Positions 8,774 to 18,663 of a stretch of DNA of 64,000 bases are shown here, one piece after another. The position numbers and the translations under genes were made by a program. This DNA comes from a virus (lineage: Duplodnaviria > Caudoviricetes). Each line of letters begins with the position of its first letter. The first letter of the stretch is position 1. The stretch covers positions 32,001 to 96,000 of IMG/VR virus record IMGVR_UViG_2930578203_000001; one strand, 5' to 3'. The notes under the pieces are model-generated. The model saw nothing but the letters and a program-made list of their open reading frames with translations, had not been told where the DNA came from and searched no databases.

Positions 8774-10777
8774 GTGTTCCGACCTGTAGATGCGCACGAT
8801 CACGTCACCTCGCCCGTCGAGAAGGTCCCCTCGGGGAGCCGTGCTCGCCAGGCCCTGGGCACCGTGTGCCGCCTGTGCGGCCGCCTCCGTTACGAGTTGA
8901 TCCCGGCCGCGGCCACCGCCAGCATGACGTGTCTGGGCTGGCTGCACCACGCCGTCGGCGTCGGCCCGGAGGGCTGGGGCGGCTACGGCCTGGGCCTCGC
9001 AGCCGCCGGCGCCCTGACGTACGGCGGACTCAAGTTCAAAAACGCGCCCGCCGCATCCCTCGGCGTCGCCTCCACCGGCGCCCTCGTGAACACCGCGGTC
9101 GGCGCGATGACCGGCCCGTCCGTCCCGTCGCTCATCGCGGGCGGGGTCGTCACGATCGCCTCGTACGGCGTCTACGTCCCGTGGCTCATCAAGACCCGCC
9201 ACGAGCGGATCGCCCTGCAGATCAAGGCCGCCAAGACCGCCCCTCTGCCCGACGGAATGGGCGTCAACGTCACCCAGGCCGGCGTAACCGGCGACAGCGT
9301 CGAGGAGACCGCCCTGCGGCGTGCTCTGGTTGCCCTCGGCGTCCCCGCTCAGGACGTCTCCCGCATCGTGTTCACCGACACCGGATGGCACGCCGCGGTG
9401 ACGCTCCCGCCCGGCAAGAACACCTCCGCCGAGACTGTCATCGCCAAGCAGACCCAGCTCGAGGCGAACCTCGACCTCCCCGGGAAGCTGCGCCTGGCCG
9501 TCGGCGCACAGGCCAACCAGCTCATCGTCCGCATGCAGACGAACGACCCGCTCGCCGAGACGATCGCGTGGCCGGGCCCCGCCATTACCTCGGTGGAGCA
9601 CGCGCTGCCCATCGGCATCTACCCGGACGGTTCGCAGGTCTTCATCGACCTCGTCGCCGGGCACGTCCTGATCGCGGGCGGCACGGACATGGGCAAGTCC
9701 GGCGTCATCAACTGCGTGATCGGCAACCTCGTTGCGTGCGAGGACGCCGAGATCCTAGGCATCGATATGAAGCCCGGTGCGCTCGAGCTGGGCCCGTGGC
9801 GCCGCAACATGCTTGCCCTGGCCGACGACGCCGACGGCGCCCGCCAGGTCCTCACCATGGTCAAGGCGGAGATGATCCGCCGCGGCAAGTACCTTGCGAC
9901 CCTCCGGGGCCCGAAGGGTGAGCCGGTCCGGAAGTGGACGAGCGAGCACGGCCCGTACTGGATTCTGGTCGTCGACGAGCTTGCCGAACTCCTGCGCCAG
10001 GCCCCGGACGTGGCCTCGGAGCTGGTCACGATCAACCAGGTGGCCCGCGCCATGGGTATCCGCGTGATCGCGGCCACGCAGTCCCCCAGCGAGCAGGCGT
10101 TTGGCGGCAAGGGCACGGACGCCCGGCAGCAGTACAGCACCCGCATCGGGCTGCCCGTGTTCGAGACCGAGCCCATCAACATGATCTTCGGCCGGGGCGC
10201 GTACGGCCGCGGATGGCGGCTCGACTGGCTCGACCTGCCCGGCAAGGTCATGGTCTCGTCCCGGCGCTACGCAGACCCTCGTGAGGGCCGCTGCTACTAC
10301 GTGACGGACCGCGACATCGTCGTCGTCTCCACGGAGCACGCCCGGCACGAGGACGAGGAGCCCGCCGAGCCCGCGTGGCCGCACCCCCAGCACGAGCCGG
10401 ACCCCGACCCTGAGCCGCCGACTCCGCCACCCGGCAGTGGCGGTGGGGGCCCGCGCGGCGGCCGGCCTCACCTCCGGCCCGTGCCGACCTTCCCGGACGG
10501 CTCCCGCATCCCCGACAACCGCATTGCGCTGTGGGAGGCCCTGCAGAAGGCAGGCCCCGACGGTGTGACGAAGCCCGAACTGGTCGCCGACGACATCGTC
10601 GGACACGGCTCCAGCGCCACCCAGCCGCTCACTCAGTGGACCAAGAAGGGATGGCTGGACGACTCCGGCAAGCGCGGCCAGGCCAAGGTCTGGCGCTTGG
10701 TCGCCGTAGCCCACACACCGCGCCCCGAAGTGACCAGCACCGACGAGGAGAACTCCGCATGTCCCGCAAGCCTGTAG
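8774..10777 (+). CDS. traB: FtsK/SpoIIIE-family conjugative DNA translocase (Streptomyces TraB type)
   Basis: N-terminal TM segments, Walker A GGTDMGKS, Walker B LVVDE, AATQ, Pro-rich linker, C-terminal wHTH-like region. Confidence 0.85.
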   Translation: MFRPVDAHDHVTSPVEKVPSGSRARQALGTVCRLCGRLRYELIPAAATASMTCLGWLHHAVGVGPEGWGGYGLGLAAAGALTYGGLKFKNAPAASLGVASTGALVNTAVGAMTGPSVPSLIAGGVVTIASYGVYVPWLIKTRHERIALQIKAAKTAPLPDGMGVNVTQAGVTGDSVEETALRRALVALGVPAQDVSRIVFTDTGWHAAVTLPPGKNTSAETVIAKQTQLEANLDLPGKLRLAVGAQANQLIVRMQTNDPLAETIAWPGPAITSVEHALPIGIYPDGSQVFIDLVAGHVLIAGGTDMGKSGVINCVIGNLVACEDAEILGIDMKPGALELGPWRRNMLALADDADGARQVLTMVKAEMIRRGKYLATLRGPKGEPVRKWTSEHGPYWILVVDELAELLRQAPDVASELVTINQVARAMGIRVIAATQSPSEQAFGGKGTDARQQYSTRIGLPVFETEPINMIFGRGAYGRGWRLDWLDLPGKVMVSSRRYADPREGRCYYVTDRDIVVVSTEHARHEDEEPAEPAWPHPQHEPDPDPEPPTPPPGSGGGGPRGGRPHLRPVPTFPDGSRIPDNRIALWEALQKAGPDGVTKPELVADDIVGHGSSATQPLTQWTKKGWLDDSGKRGQAKVWRLVAVAHTPRPEVTSTDEENSACPASL

Positions 10778-11085
10778 TTCCGACCAACGTCTACCCGGGC
10801 ATCATGGCGTCCCACATGCCCGTCGAGCAGTATCAAGCGGCGCACGGCTGCACCTGCGAGCACTCGCACGACCACGGTCAGGCACCCGTCCAGCAAATCA
10901 TCATCAAGCAGTCCGACCCGTGGGTCCGGTACATGGCGATCGGCTTCGCCGGGGCCAGCATCGGCCTCCTGGTCCTCGCGAGCGTCGTGGCGACACTGAT
11001 CGCTGCCGGCCTGTGCGCGCTGTGCATCGCGGTCGCCACCTGGGCGATAAGGGCCCTGCTCAGCGGCCGCAAAGACTCCAAGTAG
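10759..11085 (+). CDS. Spd-like (plasmid spread) membrane protein
   Basis: GAGGAG RBS; CxCxH followed by two hydrophobic helices; immediately after traB. Confidence 0.55.
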   Translation: MSRKPVVPTNVYPGIMASHMPVEQYQAAHGCTCEHSHDHGQAPVQQIIIKQSDPWVRYMAIGFAGASIGLLVLASVVATLIAAGLCALCIAVATWAIRALLSGRKDSK

Positions 11086-11179
11086 CCGTAGCGCGCGCCT
11101 GCTTCGGGGAAGGGCCCTGGCCGACCTGCTGGGGCCTTTGGCGTGTCCGTGTCGGATGGCCGTGCGATGATCCTCCGTC

Positions 11180-11635
11180 ATGGGGAGATACACATGGGGG
11201 AAGAGGGTCGCCGGGCTGGTCCTGGCCGCGACCATGGCGGCCGTAAGCGGCTGCAGCAGCTCGGACGACGAGAGCGACGCGAAGCCGGCCGCGAAGGCGA
11301 AGACGGTGAGCGTGGAGGCCGCGTCCACCACGTTCCAGGATGCGGTGACGAAGTTCGACACAGACGGCGGGTGCCTGGAGAAGGAGCCCGGTACGTGCTG
11401 GAAGCAGATGACCGCACTGATGGAGCCCGCGCGCGATCTGCGGAAGGCGATGAACTCGGAGAAGTCCGTGGGCGCGGACTTCTGGACGGACGCGTACGCC
11501 CTGATCGACACCATGGAGGACGGCATCGCCGTCGGTGAGGATCAGGGCGCCACCGCGTACGGCACAAACCGGCCGAAGGTCCTCGGGTCCGCGCACGATC
11601 TGTCCGACTGGCTCGACGAGAACCCGATCAAGTAG
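11180..11635 (+). CDS. Lipoprotein
   Basis: Signal peptide with lipobox VSGC. Confidence 0.75.
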   Translation: MGRYTWGKRVAGLVLAATMAAVSGCSSSDDESDAKPAAKAKTVSVEAASTTFQDAVTKFDTDGGCLEKEPGTCWKQMTALMEPARDLRKAMNSEKSVGADFWTDAYALIDTMEDGIAVGEDQGATAYGTNRPKVLGSAHDLSDWLDENPIK

Positions 11636-11645
11636 CAGAAACGAA

Positions 11646-11683
11646 GCGGCATCCGCGCGCGGCCGCGGCCCGCCGGATGCCGC
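11646..11683. terminator. GC-rich hairpin between convergent genes
   Basis: GCGGCATCC...GGATGCCGC stem. Confidence 0.5.
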
Positions 11684-11687
11684 CGGC

Positions 11688-12182
11688 CTACTCGCCCTTC
11701 GGCTTCCCTGCGGCCAGTCCGGGAGCGAGCCGGGCGCACCGCGCGGCGTACGCAGACAGGTGCTCGGTCTCGAACTCCGCGGCGTTCCAGTCCTCCTCAA
11801 GAACATCGCCGCCCGGCCAGATGTAGGCCCACCCTCTCGCGCCGGTGGACAGGGCCACTTCACGAAGGTCGTACCGCTCGTCCTCGAACGCGTCGAGGAT
11901 GCGCCACTCCTCGTTGCTCAGGTCGGTCAGGACCACTCCGGACGCGGAGCCGCCGAGCGCGTGCACGACGAGCCCTGGATAGAGGCGGTCTGCGAGCGCG
12001 GCCGCGCGGTACCCGGGAGCAGCCGCCGGGGCCTGCTCGGGTATCCGCCCCAATAGGGCCTTGAGGACGGCGTCGAACTGGAGCGTGCCGTAGCAGAACA
12101 GCACGTCGGGGCCTTGCGAGAGTCGGTCCCGGCGACCAGAGGTCTCCGGGACCAGGGCGGGGCTGGTTATCGTCTGGATCAT
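11688..12182 (-). CDS. Gamma-glutamylcyclotransferase (AIG2-like)
   Basis: LFCYGTL, YPGL, LDAFE..Y motifs. Confidence 0.85.
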   Translation of the reverse strand: MIQTITSPALVPETSGRRDRLSQGPDVLFCYGTLQFDAVLKALLGRIPEQAPAAAPGYRAAALADRLYPGLVVHALGGSASGVVLTDLSNEEWRILDAFEDERYDLREVALSTGARGWAYIWPGGDVLEEDWNAAEFETEHLSAYAARCARLAPGLAAGKPKGE

Positions 12183-12195
12183 TGGCGTTCCGGTC

Positions 12196-12768
12196 TCAGG
12201 GAGAGGGCAGGTACATCGCGTCGTAGACGGGCGACTCTGGGGCGTGCTTGATCTGTCCCATAATCGTGTACCCCCACCGCAGGTATGCATCGTGGGCAGG
12301 TTGGTTATCGACGATGCACGTCAGGGCTGTGGCGGTCTCCGCGCGGCCAGCAATGACCGCGTCGTGGATCTGGCGGCCGAGCCCGTTGTTCTGGAACTCG
12401 GGGAGCACCATCAGTTCCCGCAGCCAGAAGATTCTGCCGGCGTCGGCCAGGACGACGAGGTCGTTCGGCCGCCGGTTGCCGAGTGACGTCCACCAGGGCT
12501 TGTCGGCGGGCAGGGTCGCGCCGTGCACGTACCCGATGATTCGGCCGTCCTGCCAAGCGGTCACGGTCTCGAACCCCGCGGTATCGAACGCCGCCTCCAA
12601 TCGCTCCCGGAAGGAGTCGGCGGAGAAGAACGGGTCTCCCTTGTACGGCGGGACGTCGTACACGTGGGCGTAGACGTCGACCAGCTCGGAGGTTATGTCC
12701 TTCGCCGACTTCGCATCGTGCCGCTGGAACTGCGGTGCCACGGTGTGCACTCTCCTTTTCTCGCTCAC
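12196..12768 (-). CDS. GNAT N-acetyltransferase
   Basis: ELMVLPEFQNNGLGR (motif A); NQPAHDAYLRWGY. Confidence 0.88.
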   Translation of the reverse strand: MSEKRRVHTVAPQFQRHDAKSAKDITSELVDVYAHVYDVPPYKGDPFFSADSFRERLEAAFDTAGFETVTAWQDGRIIGYVHGATLPADKPWWTSLGNRRPNDLVVLADAGRIFWLRELMVLPEFQNNGLGRQIHDAVIAGRAETATALTCIVDNQPAHDAYLRWGYTIMGQIKHAPESPVYDAMYLPSP

Positions 12769-14096
12769 GCGACGTGAGCACGGATCTGTTCGAGCAAGTC
12801 CCCCACCCCGCGTGCGCGCTGATGGGGGATCATCCCGTTGTGGACGATCTTCAACTGCGAGGCGGTCCGCGTCGAGGACATGCCAGCCTCAACTAGACGT
12901 AGGGCTTCGGTGGCGGCAGCGAGGCCGTGGTCGACGTCGCCGTTCTCCACCGCCGCGACCGAGAGCCGCCCGAGGCACATCCCGCGGTTCCGGGAGTGGG
13001 CTGCATCCTGCAACGCCTCGGACTGAGCCAGGAGCGCCTGTGCGCGGGCTGTTTGGCCGAGGTCGAGGCGGCACATGCCTTCCAGGCAGGTCAGCTCCGC
13101 GAGGTTGAGGAACAGGGCCCAGTCCGGGTCTCGCTCGTCGTTGCCGCGTTCCCACTCCTGCCAGGCCCGCTTGATGGCCGCATCGCAGTTGAAGGTGTCG
13201 CCGAGGCGGGCGTACCCCTGCGCCTCTCGGATCGCAAGGAGGGCTATGACGCGGGTGGGCGCGTCCCACAGTTCCGCATGCCGTTGGCCGAGCTTGGCGA
13301 AGCGTACGGCCTCACGTCCCTTGTTCAGGTCGACGGCCTGTCGGGACATGTTGCTCAGCGTGCGGCTGGCCAGCACGTCGTCGCTGGTGTAGTTGGCCGC
13401 GTTCAGAGCTTCGGAGAAGTACTGGCGGGCCTTGTCCTGGAGGCCGGCGTCGTAGCAGAACCATCCGAGTGACGTGGTGAGCTTGCCAGCAAGAGCGTGG
13501 AGCTGCTGACCGAGGGCGTCATCGTAGATACCGCGGTCGATCATGTGGTGCACCCAGAGCAGGTGCGCCCGGGTCGGCCGCCACAGCCTGTTGGCGCCGA
13601 ACTGCTGGTCAATCGCGTAGTTGTCGTCCGCGGCGGCCGAGAGGAATTCGACCTCTTCTGGCACGATCCGCCACTCGCCGGACCTGCCGGTGCCGGTGCT
13701 GGTCTCGGCTAGCCACGGTGGCGGCGCCTCGTCGGCGAGGGGGGCCGGGCTGGTGGCGACCAGCAACGGGCCAGCTGCGGGTTCTTGGCTGATCAAAGGC
13801 ACCGGTGTGAGGACGACGGGGCCACCACCGCTCTCGGCGACCCGTGGCCGCAGGCCCAGCTCCTCAACGGGACGCCTCCAGTAGGCGGCCAGTACCGCGC
13901 GGGTGCCGGGGTGGGGCCACGGAGGGGGCTCCTTGCTTTCCCACTTCGAGAGTTGGCGGACGGTGAACGTCGGGAGCTTCTTGCCAATCCGCCGCTCGTC
14001 GAAGAGGCGCTTGGCGAGGGTGGTCAGGGCGTCGACCATCTCCTCTTGCGTCAGGTTCGCGTCCTCGCGTAACCGCTTGAGTTCACGCATCTCCAC
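12765..14096 (-). CDS. Xre-like HTH plus TPR-like transcriptional regulator
   Basis: LKRLREDANLTQEEM...LSKWES HTH; helical TPR-like C-terminus (LGWFCYDAG...ARQYF). Confidence 0.8.
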   Translation of the reverse strand: MEMRELKRLREDANLTQEEMVDALTTLAKRLFDERRIGKKLPTFTVRQLSKWESKEPPPWPHPGTRAVLAAYWRRPVEELGLRPRVAESGGGPVVLTPVPLISQEPAAGPLLVATSPAPLADEAPPPWLAETSTGTGRSGEWRIVPEEVEFLSAAADDNYAIDQQFGANRLWRPTRAHLLWVHHMIDRGIYDDALGQQLHALAGKLTTSLGWFCYDAGLQDKARQYFSEALNAANYTSDDVLASRTLSNMSRQAVDLNKGREAVRFAKLGQRHAELWDAPTRVIALLAIREAQGYARLGDTFNCDAAIKRAWQEWERGNDERDPDWALFLNLAELTCLEGMCRLDLGQTARAQALLAQSEALQDAAHSRNRGMCLGRLSVAAVENGDVDHGLAAATEALRLVEAGMSSTRTASQLKIVHNGMIPHQRARGVGDLLEQIRAHVA

Positions 14097-14183
14097 CGCC
14101 TCATCGCGATCCGGTGCGCCTCACGGTAGCGACTCCCGTCGCGGTGCGTGAGGGTTCGTCAATTGAAAGCCCTGGTCAGGAGG

Positions 14184-14239
14184 AAAGGGCGGGCGAAAGG
14201 GCGGGCAAAGGGCGGGCAAAGGGCGGGTAGGAGGCGGGC
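14184..14239 (+). repeat. Tandem 11-bp repeat AAAGGGCGGG(C/T) x4 plus one degenerate copy
   Basis: Copies at 14184, 14196, 14207, 14218 and 14229 in the divergent intergenic region. Confidence 0.9.
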
Positions 14240-14307
14240 AGAGTTCCGTCGAAAAGACCTGTTCACCGCCCGGCGACTTCGCTGCACTGGGTCACGCCGC
14301 ACACACC

Positions 14308-14934
14308 GTGTGTGCCGTGATGCCGGGAGGGCTCATGAAGACCCGCGAGATCGCCGAGCACGAGACCGTGTCCGCGTGGCTCTCCGCGGCGACGGCGCAC
14401 CCGGAGACGGCTACCGCGCTCTGGCATGAGAACCCCCACCTCCCGCGGCGCCTCGGGTGCGGCCAGACCTTTGACATCGTGCTGTCTGACCGATCGTTGG
14501 TCGAGGCGGCGTATCAGCTCCTCGACCAGTACGAGCAGCCGCTCGGGCCCGCCGTGCTGTTCTCCAACCTTCGCTCCGCGGCCGTTCTGGTTCCGCGAGG
14601 CACGGTGGCGGGCTGGTACGGCCTGATGGCCGCCTCACAGTGGCCCGAACGACTCCCCCGGCCGGCGTGCCTCGGCGAGGGGCACGCGATTCTCGTGCCC
14701 GCGCTTGTCCCCCGGCCGACGGCTGGGCTCGTTCGCTGGCTAGTGCCTCCCGACGGCGAGCAGTCCGTCGGGGGAGCGCCGCTGCTCACCAGCCCCGTCC
14801 CGCTCGCACGATGCCTCTCCGAGGCGGGTGCCCTTCTCGCGCCCGTAGAGCGGACTCCCCTCAGCAGGGCCGTGTCGGCAGTCAGGTCAGTCCTGCCGTC
14901 CCCGTCAGTCCTGCCATCCCCCAAGAGGACGTGA
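14308..14934 (+). CDS. Hypothetical protein (degenerate Prim-Pol-like Streptomyces family)
   Basis: AWLSAA...W...GQTFDIV...GPAV...LVP...CLG.G...VP...WLVPP pattern; start uncertain. Confidence 0.55.
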   Translation: MCAVMPGGLMKTREIAEHETVSAWLSAATAHPETATALWHENPHLPRRLGCGQTFDIVLSDRSLVEAAYQLLDQYEQPLGPAVLFSNLRSAAVLVPRGTVAGWYGLMAASQWPERLPRPACLGEGHAILVPALVPRPTAGLVRWLVPPDGEQSVGGAPLLTSPVPLARCLSEAGALLAPVERTPLSRAVSAVRSVLPSPSVLPSPKRT

Positions 14935-15428
14935 TGACGACGACAGCCGTACGACCGTCCCGCGCGGTGCCCCTCCGCGACGCGGACCTGGTGGACCAGT
15001 GGGTCGACATCGCGCCCCACTACGGCGGCCCGCTCCGTAAGGCAGACGCCCACCGCGTAGGCGTCCTACGCAGGATCGCCGCCGCCCGAATCCGGCACTA
15101 TGGCCTGGAAGACCTGCTCGACGAGGTGATGCTCCTCGTCTCCGAGTTGGTGACCAACGCGGTACTGCACAGCAGAACCAGCCGGATCGGCCTGATGATG
15201 GCCGTACGAGATGGCTTCCTGCACATCGACGTCATCGACGGTATGCCGGGCTACGCGACGCTCAAGAAGGTGAGCGCGGACGCCGAGTCGGGGCGCGGCC
15301 TCGCCCTGGTCGAAGCCGTGGTCAAAGAGTGCGGCGGGAACTGGGGCACGAGCGACGCCGGCAGGAAGACCTGGTGCCGCCTCGCTGTGCCGCAGGAGCC
15401 GAAAGGCGTGCCGGAGGAGTCGCAGTGA
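14934..15428 (+). CDS. HATPase_c-like ATP-binding protein (anti-sigma type)
   Basis: SELVTNAVLH, ESGRGLALV, WG...KTWC. Confidence 0.85.
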   Translation: MTTTAVRPSRAVPLRDADLVDQWVDIAPHYGGPLRKADAHRVGVLRRIAAARIRHYGLEDLLDEVMLLVSELVTNAVLHSRTSRIGLMMAVRDGFLHIDVIDGMPGYATLKKVSADAESGRGLALVEAVVKECGGNWGTSDAGRKTWCRLAVPQEPKGVPEESQ

Positions 15429-15856
15429 CGGCCCTCCAGGCTCTGACGCCCGGGTGGGCCCATCCCGTGCGTGCGGCCGTTCCCCCTTTCACCGAGGCCG
15501 GACTGAAAAGGGTCCTGGAGAAGGTGCAGCGATGGGCGCCGTACGTCGACGGTTCCTTACTCGACGACGTCGCGGCCGTCCTGGACGACTACACGCCCCC
15601 CGAAGACAAGGTCGAGGAGCACGCGCAGCGGCTCCGCGGGCATCTGATGCGACTCGTCAACCTCGCAGTCACCTCCCAGACGGATCAGAGGGACCAGCGA
15701 ATAGCCGACCTCGTCGAGCGGGGCCATCACATCCGATCCGAGGAAGTACCCAGCGACCATCGCCGTGCCGTTGGGCACGTCCGGCAGATGGCGTGGACGC
15801 TCAACGAACTCCTCGAACTGTTGGTGGGGAACCAGTGCCTTACGGAGGAGCCGTGA
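15425..15856 (+). CDS. DUF6415-like protein
   Basis: LLDDVAAVL...RLRGHLMRL...HVRQMAW pattern; contains an in-frame TTA at 15557. Confidence 0.55.
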   Translation: MTALQALTPGWAHPVRAAVPPFTEAGLKRVLEKVQRWAPYVDGSLLDDVAAVLDDYTPPEDKVEEHAQRLRGHLMRLVNLAVTSQTDQRDQRIADLVERGHHIRSEEVPSDHRRAVGHVRQMAWTLNELLELLVGNQCLTEEP

Positions 15857-16563
15857 CCTTCCCGTCCCTCAGACTCGCGTACAACCCTCGGGCCATAGAG
15901 CCCCGGGACCCGCGCCTGTCCCTAGTGCCCTACATCACGCAGAGGGCTGGGGAAGACGCAGCGCCGGAAAACCTCTTCATCGTCCGGCACGCGTCCGGCC
16001 CGCGGCTGTACTACCGAGATGAGGACCCCAGGGACCGAGACCCGCGAGGCGCCCTGTGGGCCCGGTGCGGCTGGAACCCCGTCGATGCGCAAGGCCGGAT
16101 CACCGGTGAACCGCAGTGGAAGCTGATGCACCCCCACCGGCAGATGGTGTGCATGCAGACGATGCTCTGTCAGATTTGCTCACTCCCTGCCAGGACGCCG
16201 CTCGGCTTCATCTTCCTCGCGGGCCCCCGGGACCACGACCCGGCCCAGGCGAGCATTCTCACGAACCAGCCTCCCGTGTGCCGTAAGCACGCCCGTGCAG
16301 CCGCGAAACTCTGCCCACACCTGGAGGACAACCCCATGGTGTTCCTTGCCAGGAGCGCGCCCCTGTACGGCGTGCACGGCACCGTGTACGGCCGCGACGG
16401 TGGAGGCGTGAAGGTCGTCGCCCAGCCGGACGCACCGTTGCCCTACGGCCACGCGAACATCGGGACCTTTCTCGCCTCGCAGTTGGTTCGCCGCCTCCAG
16501 TCGTTCCGCGCCGTCGGCCTCGACGAGCTGCTGGAGGACCTGGCGGCCCCCGCCGCCGCATAG
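15853..16563 (+). CDS. Conserved actinobacterial hypothetical protein (Zn-binding)
   Basis: VPYIT, HPHRQ..CM...LCQIC, PPVC..HA......CPHL. Confidence 0.7.
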   Translation: MTFPSLRLAYNPRAIEPRDPRLSLVPYITQRAGEDAAPENLFIVRHASGPRLYYRDEDPRDRDPRGALWARCGWNPVDAQGRITGEPQWKLMHPHRQMVCMQTMLCQICSLPARTPLGFIFLAGPRDHDPAQASILTNQPPVCRKHARAAAKLCPHLEDNPMVFLARSAPLYGVHGTVYGRDGGGVKVVAQPDAPLPYGHANIGTFLASQLVRRLQSFRAVGLDELLEDLAAPAAA

Positions 16564-16847
16564 ACCCCTGCCTGGTGCCCACACGACCGGCTCTGTGGCC
16601 ATCAGGCAGGCAGCAAAGCTCCGCCCGTACGACAACGGCATTCGGCGCGGGCGGAGACGAGGCGCTGGGGCTATACCCCCTGAGCCCCAGCGCCGGCCCA
16701 CTTCGCACGCGATTCGAAAGTTGATCGGTGCCCCTCGAGGCGCCACCGCCCTACGAGACCCACCCGCTGTCGGATCGCCTTTGGCGCCCTGGCGGCACCA
16801 GCACCAGAGCGACACACCTAGGCCCCCAAGAGAGAAGGAAGCTCCGC

Positions 16848-17750
16848 GTGTTCATCGACATCCCGAGCGAACTCGAAGCCTCTCTGATCGACTGTTCTCT
16901 CCCGCCCAGGGAACTGAACGGTTCGTTCCTGGCGCAGTCCACCATGGCGAAGTACCGGACCGAGCTGACGGCCACCCCGCGGTTCGAGGAAATCACCGCG
17001 ACCCTGCGCCACGCGCTGACCGGAAAGGGTGGCGGATACGCCGTGCTGCGCCTGGGAAACCTCGCCAAGGCGCTGGGGATCGAGGATGACCGGTTCCTGC
17101 GGCTGGTGACGGGCTTCGCGGCCGAGGTGGCTGTCCCCTTCTCGCCCTTCCCACGGTGGCCCCTTTGGAAGGACATCGGGGTCAAGGTCGACAAGGATCC
17201 CGGCAAGTCCAGCGGCATCGGGTACAACGCGTTTCACATGGACCTGGTGAACGGGACCCTGCCCCCGGACTACACCACGCTCCTCTGCGTTCGCCGCGAC
17301 CCGCTCGGCGGCGGCCCCAGCATCCTTTCCGACGCCCACGCGGCGGTGGCGAGGCTGTCGGAGGACAGCCGCGCTCTGCTGGCCGAGTCGGCCTACCACT
17401 ACGGGACCTTCTTCGACCTGTTCGGCGTGGGCGAGGAGTACAAGCCGTTTCCGATCCTGGACGGCTCCGACCCGGGCGAGGGGTTCGTCCGGTTCACCGC
17501 CAAGATGCTGGAGAGGTCCGAGCTCGGCCAGGCGCACGCCGACGCCGCCAGGGAACTCGCCGAAGAGCTCGTCCGGGGTCAGGTCTCCTTCATGCTTCAG
17601 CCCGGGGACTACCTCATCGTGAACCAGCGCCGTTTCCTGCACGGTCGGGAGGCGCTCCACAGCGGTCAGGAAACCGTCCCGGTCTCCGATCGGCGGCTAC
17701 TCCTCCAGTTGTTCCTGCGCGCGAGGGCCGGCGATGACTCCGCCGCGTAG
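16848..17750 (+). CDS. TauD/TfdA (clavaminate synthase-like) Fe(II)/2OG dioxygenase
   Basis: FHMD (HxD), LLCVR.D..GG, LQPGD.LIVNQ..FLHGR, RLL. Confidence 0.85.
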   Translation: MFIDIPSELEASLIDCSLPPRELNGSFLAQSTMAKYRTELTATPRFEEITATLRHALTGKGGGYAVLRLGNLAKALGIEDDRFLRLVTGFAAEVAVPFSPFPRWPLWKDIGVKVDKDPGKSSGIGYNAFHMDLVNGTLPPDYTTLLCVRRDPLGGGPSILSDAHAAVARLSEDSRALLAESAYHYGTFFDLFGVGEEYKPFPILDGSDPGEGFVRFTAKMLERSELGQAHADAARELAEELVRGQVSFMLQPGDYLIVNQRRFLHGREALHSGQETVPVSDRRLLLQLFLRARAGDDSAA

Positions 17751-17889
17751 CCAGCCGACGGCACCGGTGACCCACCGAGTGCCGCCCCCGGGTCCAGCCC
17801 CGGAGCACGCGGCACGGCCACGGGGCTGGGGCCGGTCGGGCGCCTCTGGAAACCGTCGCGCACCCGGTCCCCCGGGCCCGTGCACGGAT

Positions 17890-18663
17890 CTAGATGCGCG
17901 AGTTGCTCAGCGACTGCCACACAGCGCCGACGAGCGCCCGCGTCGCCCGCGGGACCGACAGGCGCTCGTGCCGGCGGTACAGGGCCCAGTTGTATTGCAC
18001 GAGCGACAGCTTGTTGGAGGACAGCGATCCCGCCTGGTGGGCCCTGTAAATCGCAAGTGGCTCAGCCAGGCCACGGGCGTCAGCGCCGTCCCGCATGATC
18101 GACAGCCACAGGGCGTAGTCCTGGCGTTTGCGCATCTCCGGCATCAGCCTCGTGCCCAGGACATTGCGGTCGTACATGGCGGTGAGTGCACCGATGTGGT
18201 CTCGGACCAGCATCGCGCGGTAGTCCACGTGCTCCCGCGCACGGACCACCCGCCCGTTCGGGACCCAGTCGGTGCTCTCACCGTCGTAGTCGGCGTCCAT
18301 CTTGAAGTACGAGGTGAACGTCAGCGGCGCATCACCTTCCGCGGCGAAGGCGAGCTGTTTCTCGGTCTTCTCAGGAAGCCACATGTCGTCGCTGTCAAGA
18401 AAGGCGATGTAGTCCCCGCGGGCCCGCTCGATCGCGAGGTTGCGGGCCCGGCCCGCACCGCCCCGTTCGGGTGCCGACTGAGGCAGGACGCGCTCGTCCT
18501 GCTTGGCGAACTCGCGGAGCAGGTCCATGGAGGCATCAGAGGACTGGTCGTCGGTGACCAGCAGCTCCAGGTCGCTGTGGGTCTGCGTGAGTACCGATCG
18601 GACGGCCGCGCCGAGGGTGGCTGCCGAGTTGTACACGGGCATCACGACCGACACCAGGGGCAC
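17890..18663 (-). CDS. Glycosyltransferase family 2 (TuaG-like)
   Basis: VSVVMPVYN, DDQSSD, YIAFLDSDD.W.PEK, KRQDYALWL, SLSSNK; AAGGAG RBS. Confidence 0.88.
   Translation of the reverse strand: MPLVSVVMPVYNSAATLGAAVRSVLTQTHSDLELLVTDDQSSDASMDLLREFAKQDERVLPQSAPERGGAGRARNLAIERARGDYIAFLDSDDMWLPEKTEKQLAFAAEGDAPLTFTSYFKMDADYDGESTDWVPNGRVVRAREHVDYRAMLVRDHIGALTAMYDRNVLGTRLMPEMRKRQDYALWLSIMRDGADARGLAEPLAIYRAHQAGSLSSNKLSLVQYNWALYRRHERLSVPRATRALVGAVWQSLSNSRI

Noticed and set aside
14184-14239. Tandem repeat as a CRISPR array, TraB clt site or replication iterons
   Set aside because: No spacers; described TraB recognition repeats are 8-mers usually near traB; no rep gene is adjacent.
16848-17750. TET/JBP-type DNA base hydroxylase
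   Set aside because: Motif spacing (HxD...LHGR...R) fits the TauD/clavaminate synthase family instead.
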